64,000 bases of DNA from Malacoraja senta (lineage: Eukaryota), in contig CM075987.1 in the NCBI GenBank assembly GCA_038087875.1, forward strand, positions 24,182,001 through 24,246,000, written 5' to 3'. The notes beneath the pieces were generated by a model that saw only the letters and a list, made by a program, of their open reading frames with translations, had not been told where the DNA came from and searched no databases. Of this stretch, positions 50,276 through 62,408 are shown one piece after another; position 1 is the first letter of the stretch, and each line of letters opens with the position of its first letter. The position numbers and the translations under genes are program-made.

Positions 50276-51362
50276 ATCTAGCTTATATCAATGTTTCTCT
50301 TATTTTCACTTCATTAACTATTATCACAACATTTAAAAAACATTTGGACAGGTACATGGATAGGACAGGTTTAGATGTGGGCCAAACGCAGGCAGGTGGG
50401 ACTAATGTAGATGGGACATGTTAGTCAGCATGGGCATGTTGGGCTGAAGGGCCTGTTTCCACGCTATGTGGCTCTATGTCTCTCCCTGCGGCAGGAAATG
50501 ATGCAGAATGGAAATGGATAAAACTTCAAAATAAGAATATGTGCACGATGGTAAACATCCTGATTATAATTATTCCATCCGAGCAAGCACAAGACAGGTT
50601 TGAGAAACCTGACAATCAAAGGTAATCAAGGCATAGTTTAAGATTTTGATTTTAATGAGAGGAAGTATCTGATTGATGTTCATCCCACAGCACAAATGGT
50701 TTGTGGACGCGTAATGTGAATTTGTCATGAGGGATCAGTGAACAATGCAAAATGTTGCATACTGCAAACTCGGCTGTAGTGGAACTCGAAGCAACAGGTG
50801 TCATTAGGTACAAATAATCATAACATTATTATCGATACGAGGAACTGCAGATGCTGAAATGCTGAGCAAAACACAAAGTGCTGGAGTAATTCAGTGGGAC
50901 AGGCAGCAACTGTGAAGGCGATAGCATAGGTGACGTTTCAGGTCGGGACCTCATTGTGGAATTCATTGCCACAAAAAGCTGTGGAGGCCAAGTCAATGGA
51001 TATTTTTAAGGCAGAGATAGATTCTTGACTAGTACGGGTGTCAGAGGTTACGGGGAGAAGGCGGGAGATTGGAGTTAGGAGGGAGAGATAGATCAGCCAT
51101 GATTGAATGGTGGAGTAGACTTGATGGGCCAAATGGCCTATTTCTGCTCCAATCACTTATAAACATATGACCCTGGGATTGTTGCCTGTTGACATTTATC
51201 TGGTTCAAATGTCATCCAACGCCGTCTCATGATAACGCAACAAGTGTAAGCGTTAAGCATTTCTGAGTCAGGCAGTGTTACCAAGATGGTGGATAAGTGC
51301 ATCGTGGACATGGATCTAGCTCAGATACCATGTTCTTCCATCACCTGCCAAGAATGTGACAA

Positions 51363-51670
51363 GGGCGGCACGTGGCGCAGCGGTAGAGTTGCTGCCTCAC
51401 AGCGCCAGAGACCCAGGTTTGATCCTGACTGCGGGTGCCGTCTGTATGGAGTTTGTACCTTCTCCCCATGACCTCGTGGGTTTGCCCCAGGTGCTCGGGT
51501 TTCCTCCCACACTCCGAAGACGTGCAGGTTTGCAGGTTAATTGGATTTAGTTAAATTATAAATTGTCCCTAATGTGTGTGATAATGCCAGTGTACGGGGT
51601 GATCGCTGGTCGGCGCTGTCTCAGTGGACCAAAGGGCCTCTTTTTACGCTGTATCTCCAAAGTCTAAAGT
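51363..51670 (+). mobile_element. HE1/V-SINE-like SINE
   Basis: Full consensus. Confidence 0.9.
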
Positions 51671-51691
51671 AAGGAGTACATCAGTTAATGA

Positions 51692-52550
51692 CAGGGTTCC
51701 CAACCTGGGGTAAATTTACCCCCTGGGGGTTAAATTTTGCCTACCCACGGGGTAAATTTGTTGATTCTGGATTTGTACATATTTTTTTCTCATTGACTGA
51801 CTGTGTTTGGTTCCGGTATCTGTTCGTCATTAGTAATAATAATAATAATAGATTTTATTTATATAGCGCTTTTCAGGACTCAAAGTCGCTTTACAATTGA
51901 GAGTCAGGAATAAACAAAACAAAATAGAGCAGTAAGACAGAGGGGAGGGGAACATGGGACTAAGGGTATGCAGAGGTGAAGAGATGGGTCTTGAGGCAGG
52001 ACTGGAAGATGGTGAGGGACTCAGAATTTCGGACCAGTTGTGGGAGGGAGTTCCAGAGCCTGGGAGCTGCCCTGGAGAAGGCTCTGCCTCCAAAAGTGCA
52101 GAGGTTTGATTTCGGAGTGGAGAGGAGACCAGTTGATGTGGATCTGAGGGACCGTGAGGGTTGGTAGAGGGAGAGGAGGTCAATGAGATAAGGGGGGGCC
52201 AGGTTGTTGAGGGCTTTGTAGGTGAGGACCAGGATTTTGTAGGTGATCCGGTGGGAAATGGGAAGCCAGTGAAGTTCTTTGAGAACTGGGGTGATGTGGT
52301 GCCAGGATTTGGTGTGGGTAATGAGTCGAGCGGCTGCATTTTGGACCAGTTGGAGTCGTTTGATGCTGCTGGAATTGATTCCGAAAAGAAGAGAGTTACA
52401 GTAGTCCAGTCGGGAAGAGATGAAGGCATGGATGAGTCTTTCAGCAGCGGGGGGTGTGAGAGACGATCTTCATAAAGAAGTGAAATAACATTGTTATGTG
52501 CTATTAAAGTTGCCAGGGGTAAAAGGGAACGAGAAAGGTTGGGAACCCCT
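51692..52550. mobile_element. hAT-like MITE interrupted by an L2 fragment
   Basis: TIR CAGGGTTCCCAACCT / AGGTTGGGAACCCCTG; no recognisable TSD. Confidence 0.65.
51830..52460 (-). mobile_element. L2-clade LINE 3' fragment
   Basis: The minus strand encodes HAFISSRLDYCNSLL..LQLVQNAAARL..HITPVLKELHWLP..APRLWNSLP; (TAT)n tail. Confidence 0.9.
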
Positions 52551-52995
52551 GCGTTACGGGATGGCCAATGTTTCCTTCTTCAGCAACATCACTATTCCCA
52601 GCTCCTGTGAATGACCGAGACTCACTTGTGTCTCTGGTACCGGCGTGATCAAAAGGGAAAAGATCATCATCATAAATTGGGTTGGACAAGAAAGGAGGAT
52701 GACGGTGGATCATATTTCAACAAAATATGTGAAGCAGCACAAATCAAATGGAAAAATGTACAACCCAAGCACTTAGTCAATGTTGTCAACACAACTCATG
52801 AAGTAATTAGGAATTTTGAGATTCAACATATCCAACAAATGTAAAGTGGCAATCATTAATAATGAAATATTTATCCAAAACGGCAGAGCATGCCATGGGA
52901 AGTCCTACTTAAACAGAAGAGTGCTGTGGTCAGACCACATAATAAGTACATTTTTCCCATTCTGGTTACCAAAGCACATGGGAGATATCCAATCT

Positions 52996-53275
52996 TAGTT
53001 TTATTTAGTTTAGTTTAGAGATACAGCGCGGAAACAGGCCCTACGGCCCGCCGAGTCCGCACCGACCACACGTTAACACTATCCTACACACACGAGGGAC
53101 AATTTACACATGCCTGGCCAGCCTGTACGTCTTTGTAGTGTGGCAGGAAACAAAAGATCTTGGAGAAAACCCACGCAGTTCACGGGGAGAACGTGCAAAC
53201 TCCATGCAGATAGTAGCTGTAGTCAGGATCAAAGCCAGGTCTCTGGCGCTGCAGCTCTACCACTGCAACGCCATG
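52996..53275 (-). mobile_element. HE1/V-SINE-like SINE
   Basis: Reverse complement of the consensus with small deletions. Confidence 0.85.
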
Positions 53276-53642
53276 CTGCTCATTGAAGAAATTGTTGGGA
53301 AACATTGTAAGTTTATCCCTAGTGTTGAAGATTCGAGCAATGAGGACATTCTGAGTAAATCAGAATTTTTCTTTTGCAGATGTCACAGGAATCATCTGAG
53401 AATTAATCAAGTTTTAAATGAAAAGGCAAATTGGCCGAATTGAATGGAATTAAATTGCAAGGAAACACACGTTTAAACTGGTAAAGTGCAAACTTAGGAC
53501 ACGATATTGGGAGGCTCAGATCAATTAGAATTTCGCTGTACCTTAATTGGTACGTGACGATAAACTGACCTTGATCTTGAACCTTGAATTGTATATGGAA
53601 TGGCCTCCTGGATAATTACAGCTAATCCAGTTCAGACATTCT

Positions 53643-54663
53643 GGGCGGCACAGTGGTGCAGCGGTAGAGTTGCTACCTTACAGCGCTTACATTGCCAGAG
53701 ACTTGGGTTTGATCTGCTGTACGGAATTTGTACGTTCTCCCCGTGACCGCGTGGGTTTTCTCCAAGATCTTCATTTCATAATCATCATAATCATACGTTA
53801 TTAGCCAAGTATGTTTTGCAACATGCGATGAATTTGATTTGCCGTACATTCATACCAATAAAAAGCAACAAAACACACAAAATACATTTTAACATCAACA
53901 TCCACCACAGTGACTCCTCCACACTCCTCACTGTGATGGAAGGCGAAGCAAAAGTTCAATTTCTTCCCTTCTTTGTCCTCCCGCAGCCGGCGGTCGGGCC
54001 GTCCGCGTCGGGCCAATCAAGCTCGTGCATCGGGGGGATCTCAGCTTCCCCGCGCCGGGCGATCGGACCCGGGCCGGGGCTGGTCGAACCTTCTGCGACT
54101 TTGGAGTTTCCCGACATCAGTCTCTACCCGAGACTACGAGCTCCTCGATGTTGAAGACCGCAGGCCGCGGTTGGAGCATCCATCCCAGTCAAGAGATCGC
54201 AGGCTCCGATGGTAAGTCCACGGCCCCGCAGTGGGGCTCAAAGTCAGTCCCGAGCAAGGCCTCCAGCTCCATGATGTTAGGCCGCAGAGCGACCGGCGAT
54301 ACGATCCGGAAAACAATCGCATCTCCGGCAAGGTAAGAGATTGAAAAAAAGTTCCCCCTGACCTCCTCCCCCACCCCCCACATAAAACAAATCAGAGAAC
54401 ATTAACATATACTTTTAAAACACACTAAAAATACCAAAAAAGACAGACAGACTGTTGGCGAGGCTGCCATCGCTGACGGCGCCACCCACACGCCCACACT
54501 CCAAAGACACGTAGGTTTGTAGGTTAATTGGCTTGGTATGAATGTAAAATTGTCCCTAGTGTGTGTGGGATAGCGTTGGTGTGGAGGGATAGCTGATCGG
54601 CGTGGATTTGGTGGGCTGAATGGTCTGTTTCCACGCTGCATCTCTAAACTAGACAAAACTAAA
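53643..54663 (+). mobile_element. HE1/V-SINE-like SINE split by a 0.7 kb insert
   Basis: Head at 53643-53775, remainder at 54490-54663. Confidence 0.85.
53776..54487 (-). mobile_element. Non-coding GC-rich retroposon nested in a SINE (possibly a bipartite LINE derivative)
   Basis: Starts GGGTGGCGCCGTCAGCGATGGCAGCC; ends ATACTTGGCTAATAA plus (TATGAT)n, like the Rex1-type 3' end at 43445-43480; the SINE resumes at CCCACACTCCAAAGAC. Confidence 0.6.
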
Positions 54664-55574
54664 CATACTGATGGATGTTCCTCAGATTGTCTCTACCATC
54701 ATTGGTACTACCATTGCCTAGTCTGAGCACCAGCCCTGCCCCAGATGATGGTCGATTTCCTGCGTTCCACGTTTACGTCATACAATTCCCACTCCCATTT
54801 TACAAGATCCAGAAGACAGACACCAAATCTCATGCATCTCTAAAGTAAACTAAATCAAAAATGCTGGAGTAACTCAGCGGGTCTGGCAGCATCTCTGAAG
54901 AAAAGGAATAGGTGACGTTTCGGCTCGAGACCCTTCTTCAGACTGAGAGTCGGGGGAAATAGGAACAAGAGATATGGACTTTACATAGGACAAATGAATA
55001 AAAGATATGCAAAAAACAAGGAGGCTTAAACAATATGATGCCCTATAATGACCAAATCCTTCAAGCCGGTTTTGTCATTCAATTAGAAGGGAGCTGACTT
55101 GTGATAACATCCAACATTATTTTTAAGACCTTCACAAAATTTCTTGGAAAGACAAATTTTACAATTTCCTTCATCAAGTAAAAGGGGTAATGGCAACTTT
55201 GCAGGGTAACTGCTCTAAATAAAGCAGTGTAAACATCGGTGTTCAGTAAACTCAAAGGAACAGGATATCATTGTAGCGATCATGTGTCAGCTTGATACAC
55301 CAAACCTACCAGCTTCCTCGGAGATAATTTCTGATTATTGTAACAGTGCAGGTTTCCACAGATTTGCTCTGTCATTACCATTGCACAGACTCTGCCATTG
55401 CTATTGAGGTACGTTCTCGATCTTTGCCCAGTATAAATGCCACTCCTTGGTTCCCTTGCTCACCCTTCCAAGTAAGCGAACTAACTGAAAAATGAGACTT
55501 TCATCGCCAATTTGAATCTAAATTAAAAAAAGGATGTCTTGACTCGGTCAGAATAGATGTCTTGAATTTGAGAA

Positions 55575-56435
55575 GTTTTGGCCCCCATATCTGAGGAAGG
55601 ATGTGCTGGCTTTTGGATAAGTCCAGAGGAGGCTTACAAGAATGATCCCAGGAATGCTTGGGTTAACATATGATGAGCGTTTGAAGGCACAGGGTCTGTA
55701 CTTGCCTGCACTTGCTGGATTTTAGAAGGATGAGGAGAAACCTAATTGAAACTTACCGAATAGTGAAAGGTCAGGATAGAGTGAATGCGGCGAGGATGTT
55801 TCCACCAGTGGGAGAGTCTACGACCAGAGGCCATAGCCTCAGAATTAAAGGACGTACCTTTAGAAAGGAGATGAGGATAATTTCTTTAGTCAGAGTGTGG
55901 TGAATCTGTAGAATTCATTGCTCCAGAAGGCTGTGGATGCCAAGTCAATGGTTATTTTTAATGTGGAGATAGATAGATTCTTGATGAGTAAGGGTGTCAG
56001 GGGTTATGAGGAGATGGCAGGAGAATGGGATTGAGAGGGGAAGATAGATTAGCTATGATTGAATGGTGGAATAGACTTGGCCAGAGTGAGCACCACCGGA
56101 AATTGGAGGAACAGCACCTCATATTCCGCTTGGGGAATCTGCATCCTGGTGGCATGAACATTGAATTCTCCCAATTCTGTTAACCCTTGCTGTCTCCTCC
56201 CCTTCCTAGCTCTCCCTCAGCCCTCGGGCTCCTCCTCCTCCTTTTTCCTTTCTTCTCCCCGCCCCCCACCCCCCATCAGTCTGAAGAAGGGTTTCGGCCC
56301 AAAACATTGCCTATTTCCTTCACTCCGTAGATGCTGCTGCACCCGCTGAGTTTCTCCAGCTTTTTTTGTGTACGGTGGAATAGACTTGATGGGCCAAATG
56401 GCTTAATTCTGTTCCTAGACCTTATGACCTTATGA
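55575..56435 (+). mobile_element. CR1 LINE 3' fragment (hosts the Penelope insert)
   Basis: ORF 55712-55903 RRMRRNLIETYRI..TRGHSLRIKG; 3' UTR ends CTTATGACCTTATG. Confidence 0.85.
56080..56373 (+). mobile_element. Penelope-like element 3' fragment (GIY-YIG C-terminus and terminal repeat) with 15-bp TSD
   Basis: 56082-56183 reads QSEHHRKLEEQHLIFRLGNLHPGGMNIEFSQFC*; TSD GGTGGAATAGACTTG at 56065-56079 and 56374-56388, inside a CR1 3' UTR. Confidence 0.9.
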
Positions 56436-57327
56436 AACGGTCTATATCATTGAGTATCTATCCAAACCTTTTAAATCAAAATAAAACGCACTTAATTTTT
56501 TAAAATTATAGTAAAAACAACTAGAAAAAAATGGCAACTATATGTAAAAAGAAATAGATTTAAGGAAACAAAATAGAAGAACTATTTTAATATAGGAATA
56601 GCTCTCAAAATAGTTCAGTAAATTGTAGCCCAAAAAATAATTCAGGAAACTTTAGAAATTAGGAACTGCAGGGTGGGGGTGGGGGGAGGGGGGGGGGTCA
56701 GTCTACCTCACGACAGAAGGGGGAGGGGTTGTACAGTTTGATAGCCACAGGGAAGAAGGATCTCCTGTGGCGTTCTGTACTACACCTTGTTGGGAACGAA
56801 AGGGATACAAGGATGTTAACGGTAGGAATAGCCTTGACAAATAATGCCTGATGCATTGAGTTACTCCAGCATCTTGCGTTTCAATGGAGATATTTGACTG
56901 GGAGATTCGTGGCATTATCTTATCCTGTTTTACTGCAAGTAGAACAAAAACAGTCTGGCAGCGTTCAGTTGAAATAAAACAACATTTCACACTCATCCAC
57001 TGTTTTTGCTGCTACTGAATGTAAAGGAATCATGTTGGCATCTCAGCGCATTATTGCCATGTGTAAACCGACCCAACCACCACACCACATCTTGAACTGC
57101 AGAGTGTTAAAGGCTGGAGCAATTCTTCTCGATACCACACACTCGACAGGTGGGAAGCAGACGTCATTTAACACAGAGATTAGATCAAGAAAGTTGCAGT
57201 GATAGCACTCCCCCTCTCCCGCCTTCTGTGGTCTTGTGGTTCACCCTTGGCTTGTATATTTGTTTTAATATTATCGACCTGGGCTGTTGCCAGAAGGGCT
57301 TGAGCTACTGTTGGTGATCCAGATGTG

Positions 57328-57662
57328 TTTAGTTTAGTTTAGTTTAGTTTAGAGATACAGCGCGGAAACAGGCCCTTCGGCCCACCGAGTCCGCCCCGCT
57401 CAGCGATCCCCGCACACTAACATTATCCTACACACACACGGACAATGGACAATTTACATTTATACCAAGCCAATTAGCCTACAAACCTGTACGTCTTTGG
57501 GGTGCGGGACGAAAACCAAAGATCTCGCAGAAAACTCACGGGATCACGGGGAGAACGTACAAACACCGTACAGACAGAACCCGTAGTGGGGAACGAACCC
57601 GGGTCTCCGACTGTGCGAACGCTGTAAGGTGGCAACTCTACCGCTGCGCCACCTTGCCACCC
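57328..57662 (-). mobile_element. HE1/V-SINE-like SINE
   Basis: Reverse complement of the full consensus. Confidence 0.9.
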
Positions 57663-57905
57663 GGGAGACAAAATGCCTTGAAGAAATATAATGAGGAGAG
57701 GAATGCGTGGAGGGGAGGAGAGTGATAGTGTGTGGTGGTGGAAAGAATTATGAATAACAATTATCATAACCTTAAACATTCAGGTCAAAGATTTTTTTAA
57801 TTGCTTTGACCATAATAAATGTTTTTTTTCAAAACAAAGAAGGGTTCAGACCCGAAATGTTACCTATCCATGTTTTCGAGGGATGCTGTCTGGCCTGCTG
57901 AGTCA

Positions 57906-58220
57906 AGGGCCTGTCCCACTATACGGGCTAATTCAAGAGTTCTCCCGAGTTTCCCCTGATTCGAACTCGGAGAATTACGGTAATAACCGCTCGTAGGTAC
58001 TCGGGGCTCTCGTGGACATTTTTCAACATGTTGAAAAATCTTCACGAGTCTTCACGAGCTTACCGCGTTTCCCAAGTACCTGTCGTTAGCGTTACGAGCC
58101 GCTAAGAAACGTCCCGAGCTTCGACGTACCCGCTACGTACATTCTACGTGCTTAGCACGAGTTTGATTTTTTTTTACTCTGGAGAGCTCTTGAATTAGCT
58201 CGTACAGTGGGACAGGCCCT
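57906..58220. mobile_element. PIF/Harbinger-like MITE nested in a Penelope-derived repeat
   Basis: TIR AGGGCCTGTCCCACT..AGTGGGACAGGCCCT; flanks TCA/TTA; splits the host motif CTGAG-TTA-CTCC. Confidence 0.88.
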
Positions 58221-59959
58221 TTATTACTCCTGCACTCTGTATCTATCCAGGGTTTTTGTAAAGATGCATTAATCTAATATTTATTACCCATATAACCATA
58301 TAACCATATAACCATAACAGCACGGAAACAGGCCATCTCGGCCCTTCAAGTCCGTGCCGAACATTTTTTAAATTTTTTTAAAAATTATTCTGAGATAGAT
58401 TGAAATATACCAAAGAAACCAAACTATACACTGTAAATGGCTTGATTGGAATTATGTATTGTCTTCCCGCTGACTGGATAGCGCTAAACAAAAGGTCTTC
58501 ACTGTACCTCGGTACACGTGACAATAAACTAAACTGAACAGGGAACGAACGATTCTAACATTGCTCCAATGTCTGACATTAGAAAGGAAATGTAGGAAAT
58601 TCCAGGGCTTGAGTTTGTTAGGTCTGAGGTAGTTTGTAATTTTAGAAAGATTATATCGATCAACTTGTGATGAGGAGATCCTGATTCGAAAGCCATTCAC
58701 GACAGACATAGATAATTAAGCTTCTCCAGATGGTGAATTTGCAGTTTGAGCCAAGGATATTTGTTTGTAGACAGAAAAAATCGCAATGAAATATATACGC
58801 TCCTGCATTATTTAAGTCTGTCGCTTGTTCAAGTCGTGGCTCTGAAGGATATCTGGCGTGTGATGTTTTCAAGATGAATCAAGGACAGTGTAAATGTTTC
58901 GAGAGAAGGCAAAAGGAACAGAAAATAAAATGGGTAAGAAGGAACTGCAGATGCTGGTTTAAACCGAAGATGGACACAAAAAGCTGGAGTAACTCAGCGG
59001 GACAGTGGAACTCAGCGGGATAGAGGGACAGTATCTATAGAATTCTCTGCCTCAGAGGGCAGTGGAGGCCGGTTCTCTGGATGCTTTCAAGAGAGAGCTA
59101 GATAGGGCTCTTAAAAATAGCGGAGTCATGGGATACGGGGAGAAGGCAGGAACGGGGTACTGATTGGGGATGATTAGCCATGATCACATTGAATGGCGGT
59201 GCTGGCTCAAGGGCCAAATGGCCTACTCCTGCACCTATTGTCTACTGTCTATTGTCTATTGTCTATTGACAGGCAGCATCTCTGGAGAGAAGGAATGGGT
59301 GACGTTTCGTGACGAGACGCTTCTTCAGACTGGTTAGGGATAAGGGAAACAAGAGATAGAGATGGTGATGTGGAGAGATAAAGAAGAATTAATGAAAGAT
59401 ATGCGAAGGACTTGGCCTCTGTAATAAAATGATCAGTATGCAGAAGTAATCTTACCGCTAAACAATATTAATTCTTGCCTGATTTCTATCCTATTTTTTA
59501 TCCAAGACTTTTAAAACACAGATGTTACTGGCTTTTATTAAATATGGTTCAGATGGAAACAATATATAGAAATGAAATGTGTGCCAGAGGATTGGAAGCC
59601 TGCCAGGATAATATTCTTGCTCAAGACTAAATAGATAAACCAGTTAAACAATACCCAAACGGGCCAAAATTAAGAAGACAGATTTTAGCAGGTGAATGCA
59701 TGCAAAAGGGGTTAAATAAGTTCAAGAGTTTCTTGAAGAAATATTGAAGAGTTTAAGTATTGATAAAATGAATGGGCACAATATAATTTTTCCAAGGGTG
59801 TTTGACTTGATGCCATTTGGGACGTTTTCTAATTAAGTAATGGCAAATGGCATTAATCGATTGATGGATATGAAGTTGATTAGAGAACAGAAAGCAGTGG
59901 ATACTAGTTAATGGTCGAGACTTATGGTTGTAATTAACATAAAGTGACAGATATTTTTG

Positions 59960-60233
59960 TTTAAGAAGGAAATGCAGATGCTGGAAAATCGAAGGTAGAC
60001 AAAAAGTGCTGGAGAAACTCAGCGGGTGCAGCAGCATCTATGGAGCGAAGGAAATAGGCAACGTTTCGGCCCGAAACCTTTAAGGGAATAGGCAACCCTT
60101 AAGGAAATAACCCTTAAGGAAATAGGCAAAATTTCGGACCGAAACCCAAGGGTTTCGGCCCGAAACGTTGCCTATTTCCTTCGCTCCATAGATGCTGCTG
60201 CACCCGCTGAGATTCTCGAGCACTTTTGTCTAC
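59960..60233. mobile_element. Fold-back Penelope-derived insert with 14-bp TSD
   Basis: Inverted arms with a reiterated AACCCTTAAGGAAATA filler in the centre; TSD GACAGATATTTTTG at 59946-59959 and 60234-60247. Confidence 0.85.
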
Positions 60234-60347
60234 GACAGATATTTTTGGCTTTCTGAGCTTACGTATTTTCACATTGGAATCCTAATGATGCTGTCAGAGA
60301 CGTCAAGCTTCCCTGCGTGCTGGGCCACATGTAGGCTTTGCCTCTGG

Positions 60348-60658
60348 GGAGGCACGGTGGCGCATCGGGTAGAGTTGCTGCCTTACAGCGCCATGGACCC
60401 AGGTTCGATCCTGACCAAGGGTACTGTCTGTATGGAGTTTGTACCTTCCTCCCGCCACCTCCGTGGGTTTTCTCCGGGTCCTCCCGGTTTTCCTCCCAGA
60501 CGGCACAAAGATGTGCAGGTTTGTTGGCTAATTGGCTTTTGTAAAATTATAAATTGTCCCTTGTGTGTAGGATAGTGTTAATGTGTGGGGATCGCTGGTC
60601 GGTGTGGACTCGGTGGGCCGGAGGGCCTGTTTCCACGCTGTATCACTAAACTAAACTA
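60348..60658 (+). mobile_element. HE1/V-SINE-like SINE
   Basis: Full consensus with a TAAAC tail. Confidence 0.9.
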
Positions 60659-62408
60659 GCGAACTGGGTGATTTCATGTGAATTTCTGTTACATCCACTC
60701 TTCTGTAAAATACCTCAACAATCTGCTTTATCATACTTGGTCTTAATAGTTTTTTTATAGTACACTCAACTTAGCAAACACGCTGATCCCAAATACATAA
60801 ATTATATATGTGAATTTGAATTCCCTCATATAAGTACTGCATAGTATAATGTGCTTTTGATATTTGTCCTTCCTTGTTTCAAATACATTAATAATTTTGT
60901 TTCTGCCTTTACATTTTCTGTGGACGATCCTGGCATTAATGAATGTGCAATAAACTGTATAAGTATAAAAGTTGCCCTTTTCCCTCCCTGGTTTGCTCTC
61001 TGTGAAAATTCTTTAACATGAGTGATGACTTTATGGATTTTCTGACACCATAGATGCACTGTAGAATGCATTTTATCGGGATGCATCACAGCTTGGTTTG
61101 TTAACAGCTCCATCCAAGCCCGCAAGAAATTGTAGGCCTGTCCCGCCGAGTTACTCCAGCATTTTGTGTCTATCTTCGGTGTAAACCAACATCTGCAGTT
61201 CCTTGGTAGACACAAAATTATGGAGCAACTCAGCGGGTGAGGCAATATCTCTGGAGAGAAGGAATGGGTGACGTTTCGGGTTGAGACCCTTCTTCAGAGG
61301 TCTCGACCCGAAATGCCGCCCATTCCTTCTCTCCAGAGATGCTGCCTCACCCGTTGAATTACTCCAGTATTTTGTGTCTACCTTCGATTTAAACCAGCAT
61401 TTGCTGTTCTTTCTCACTCATTTGCAGTTCCTTCCTACGCATGAAGTATGTGCAGGCAGATTAGAGTTAGTCTTGGCTTCATGACTGGCACAGACGTTGT
61501 GGGCCAAAGGGCCTGTTGCTGTGCTATGTTAAATGCTTCAACTCTATTCTCTGCTGCATCTTTAGCATCAACTATGACTCTGTGTACAGTTGCTTAGATT
61601 ATCTTTCGTTTCTCTTGCGTTATGGATCAGCTCAATTTGTTTTTATTTCCTGGTTTAGCTCAAACAACAGCTCCACAGCCACCTCGCCAAATCCCCTTCG
61701 CGCTTGGGAACTAAAAAAAAAAAAATCTTGGGTGGTTTACAAATTGGCCCCAGAATACTCTGGGCAAGGGAATGGAAAATGAGGGCCAGGGTTCCCCCAG
61801 CACTGTTATCCAGTGGTAGAAAATGTACAGTTGTGGATATTGGACGTGGATAATGTTGAGCTCAGCCACGGCATTCCTCTCACCATATCTACACTCACAC
61901 TGGAAGAACATTGACTTGGATGATGCACGGGAAGATGGCTGGAGGTCTCAGAATCACATTCCCACCATGTGTCGAGTCATTCACGAGCGGAGCTCAGAGT
62001 GTTGTTGGGAACACTGAAACTGCAGAGGAAAAGTATCCAATTCCCCAGCGCCTTCTCAGGCAGTAACTTTACTTCCAACAAAATCATATTTCAATTTTTG
62101 CAGCCTCTTGTCATGGGCCAATTGACTTTAAACACAATAGCCTTGAAAGCGGAAGAGAAAAATAAACATTTGCACCTTTTTTGTAACGCGCAAACCATGC
62201 ATACAGAGTGTTTTGTGCCTGTTTTGCAATGTTTGTTCTCATTTCCTGTTGAAGTCCTGCGAATCAGGAAATTGGCCCGGTTAGTTCTTGCCATTATTCA
62301 TCCTGACACGTGTCAGCTCCCTGTTATATGTTACATGGGTAATGTAACATGTAACAATACGTGCCACGTGTGTCTTCCGAATTCCTGGCAGAAATTGGGA
62401 CCTCTGTG

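Noticed and set aside
56671..56730. G-quadruplex-prone G runs
   Set aside because: A low-complexity tract next to a LINE-like fragment; nothing suggests function.
58752..58761. U12-type donor ATATCCTT on the minus strand
   Set aside because: A single 8-mer with no supported exon or matching branch site; expected by chance.
61711..62017. Exon or ORF candidates near 61.7-62.0 kb
   Set aside because: Frames are short or interrupted, and the sequence resembles an old dispersed SINE-like repeat (recalled, not verified).
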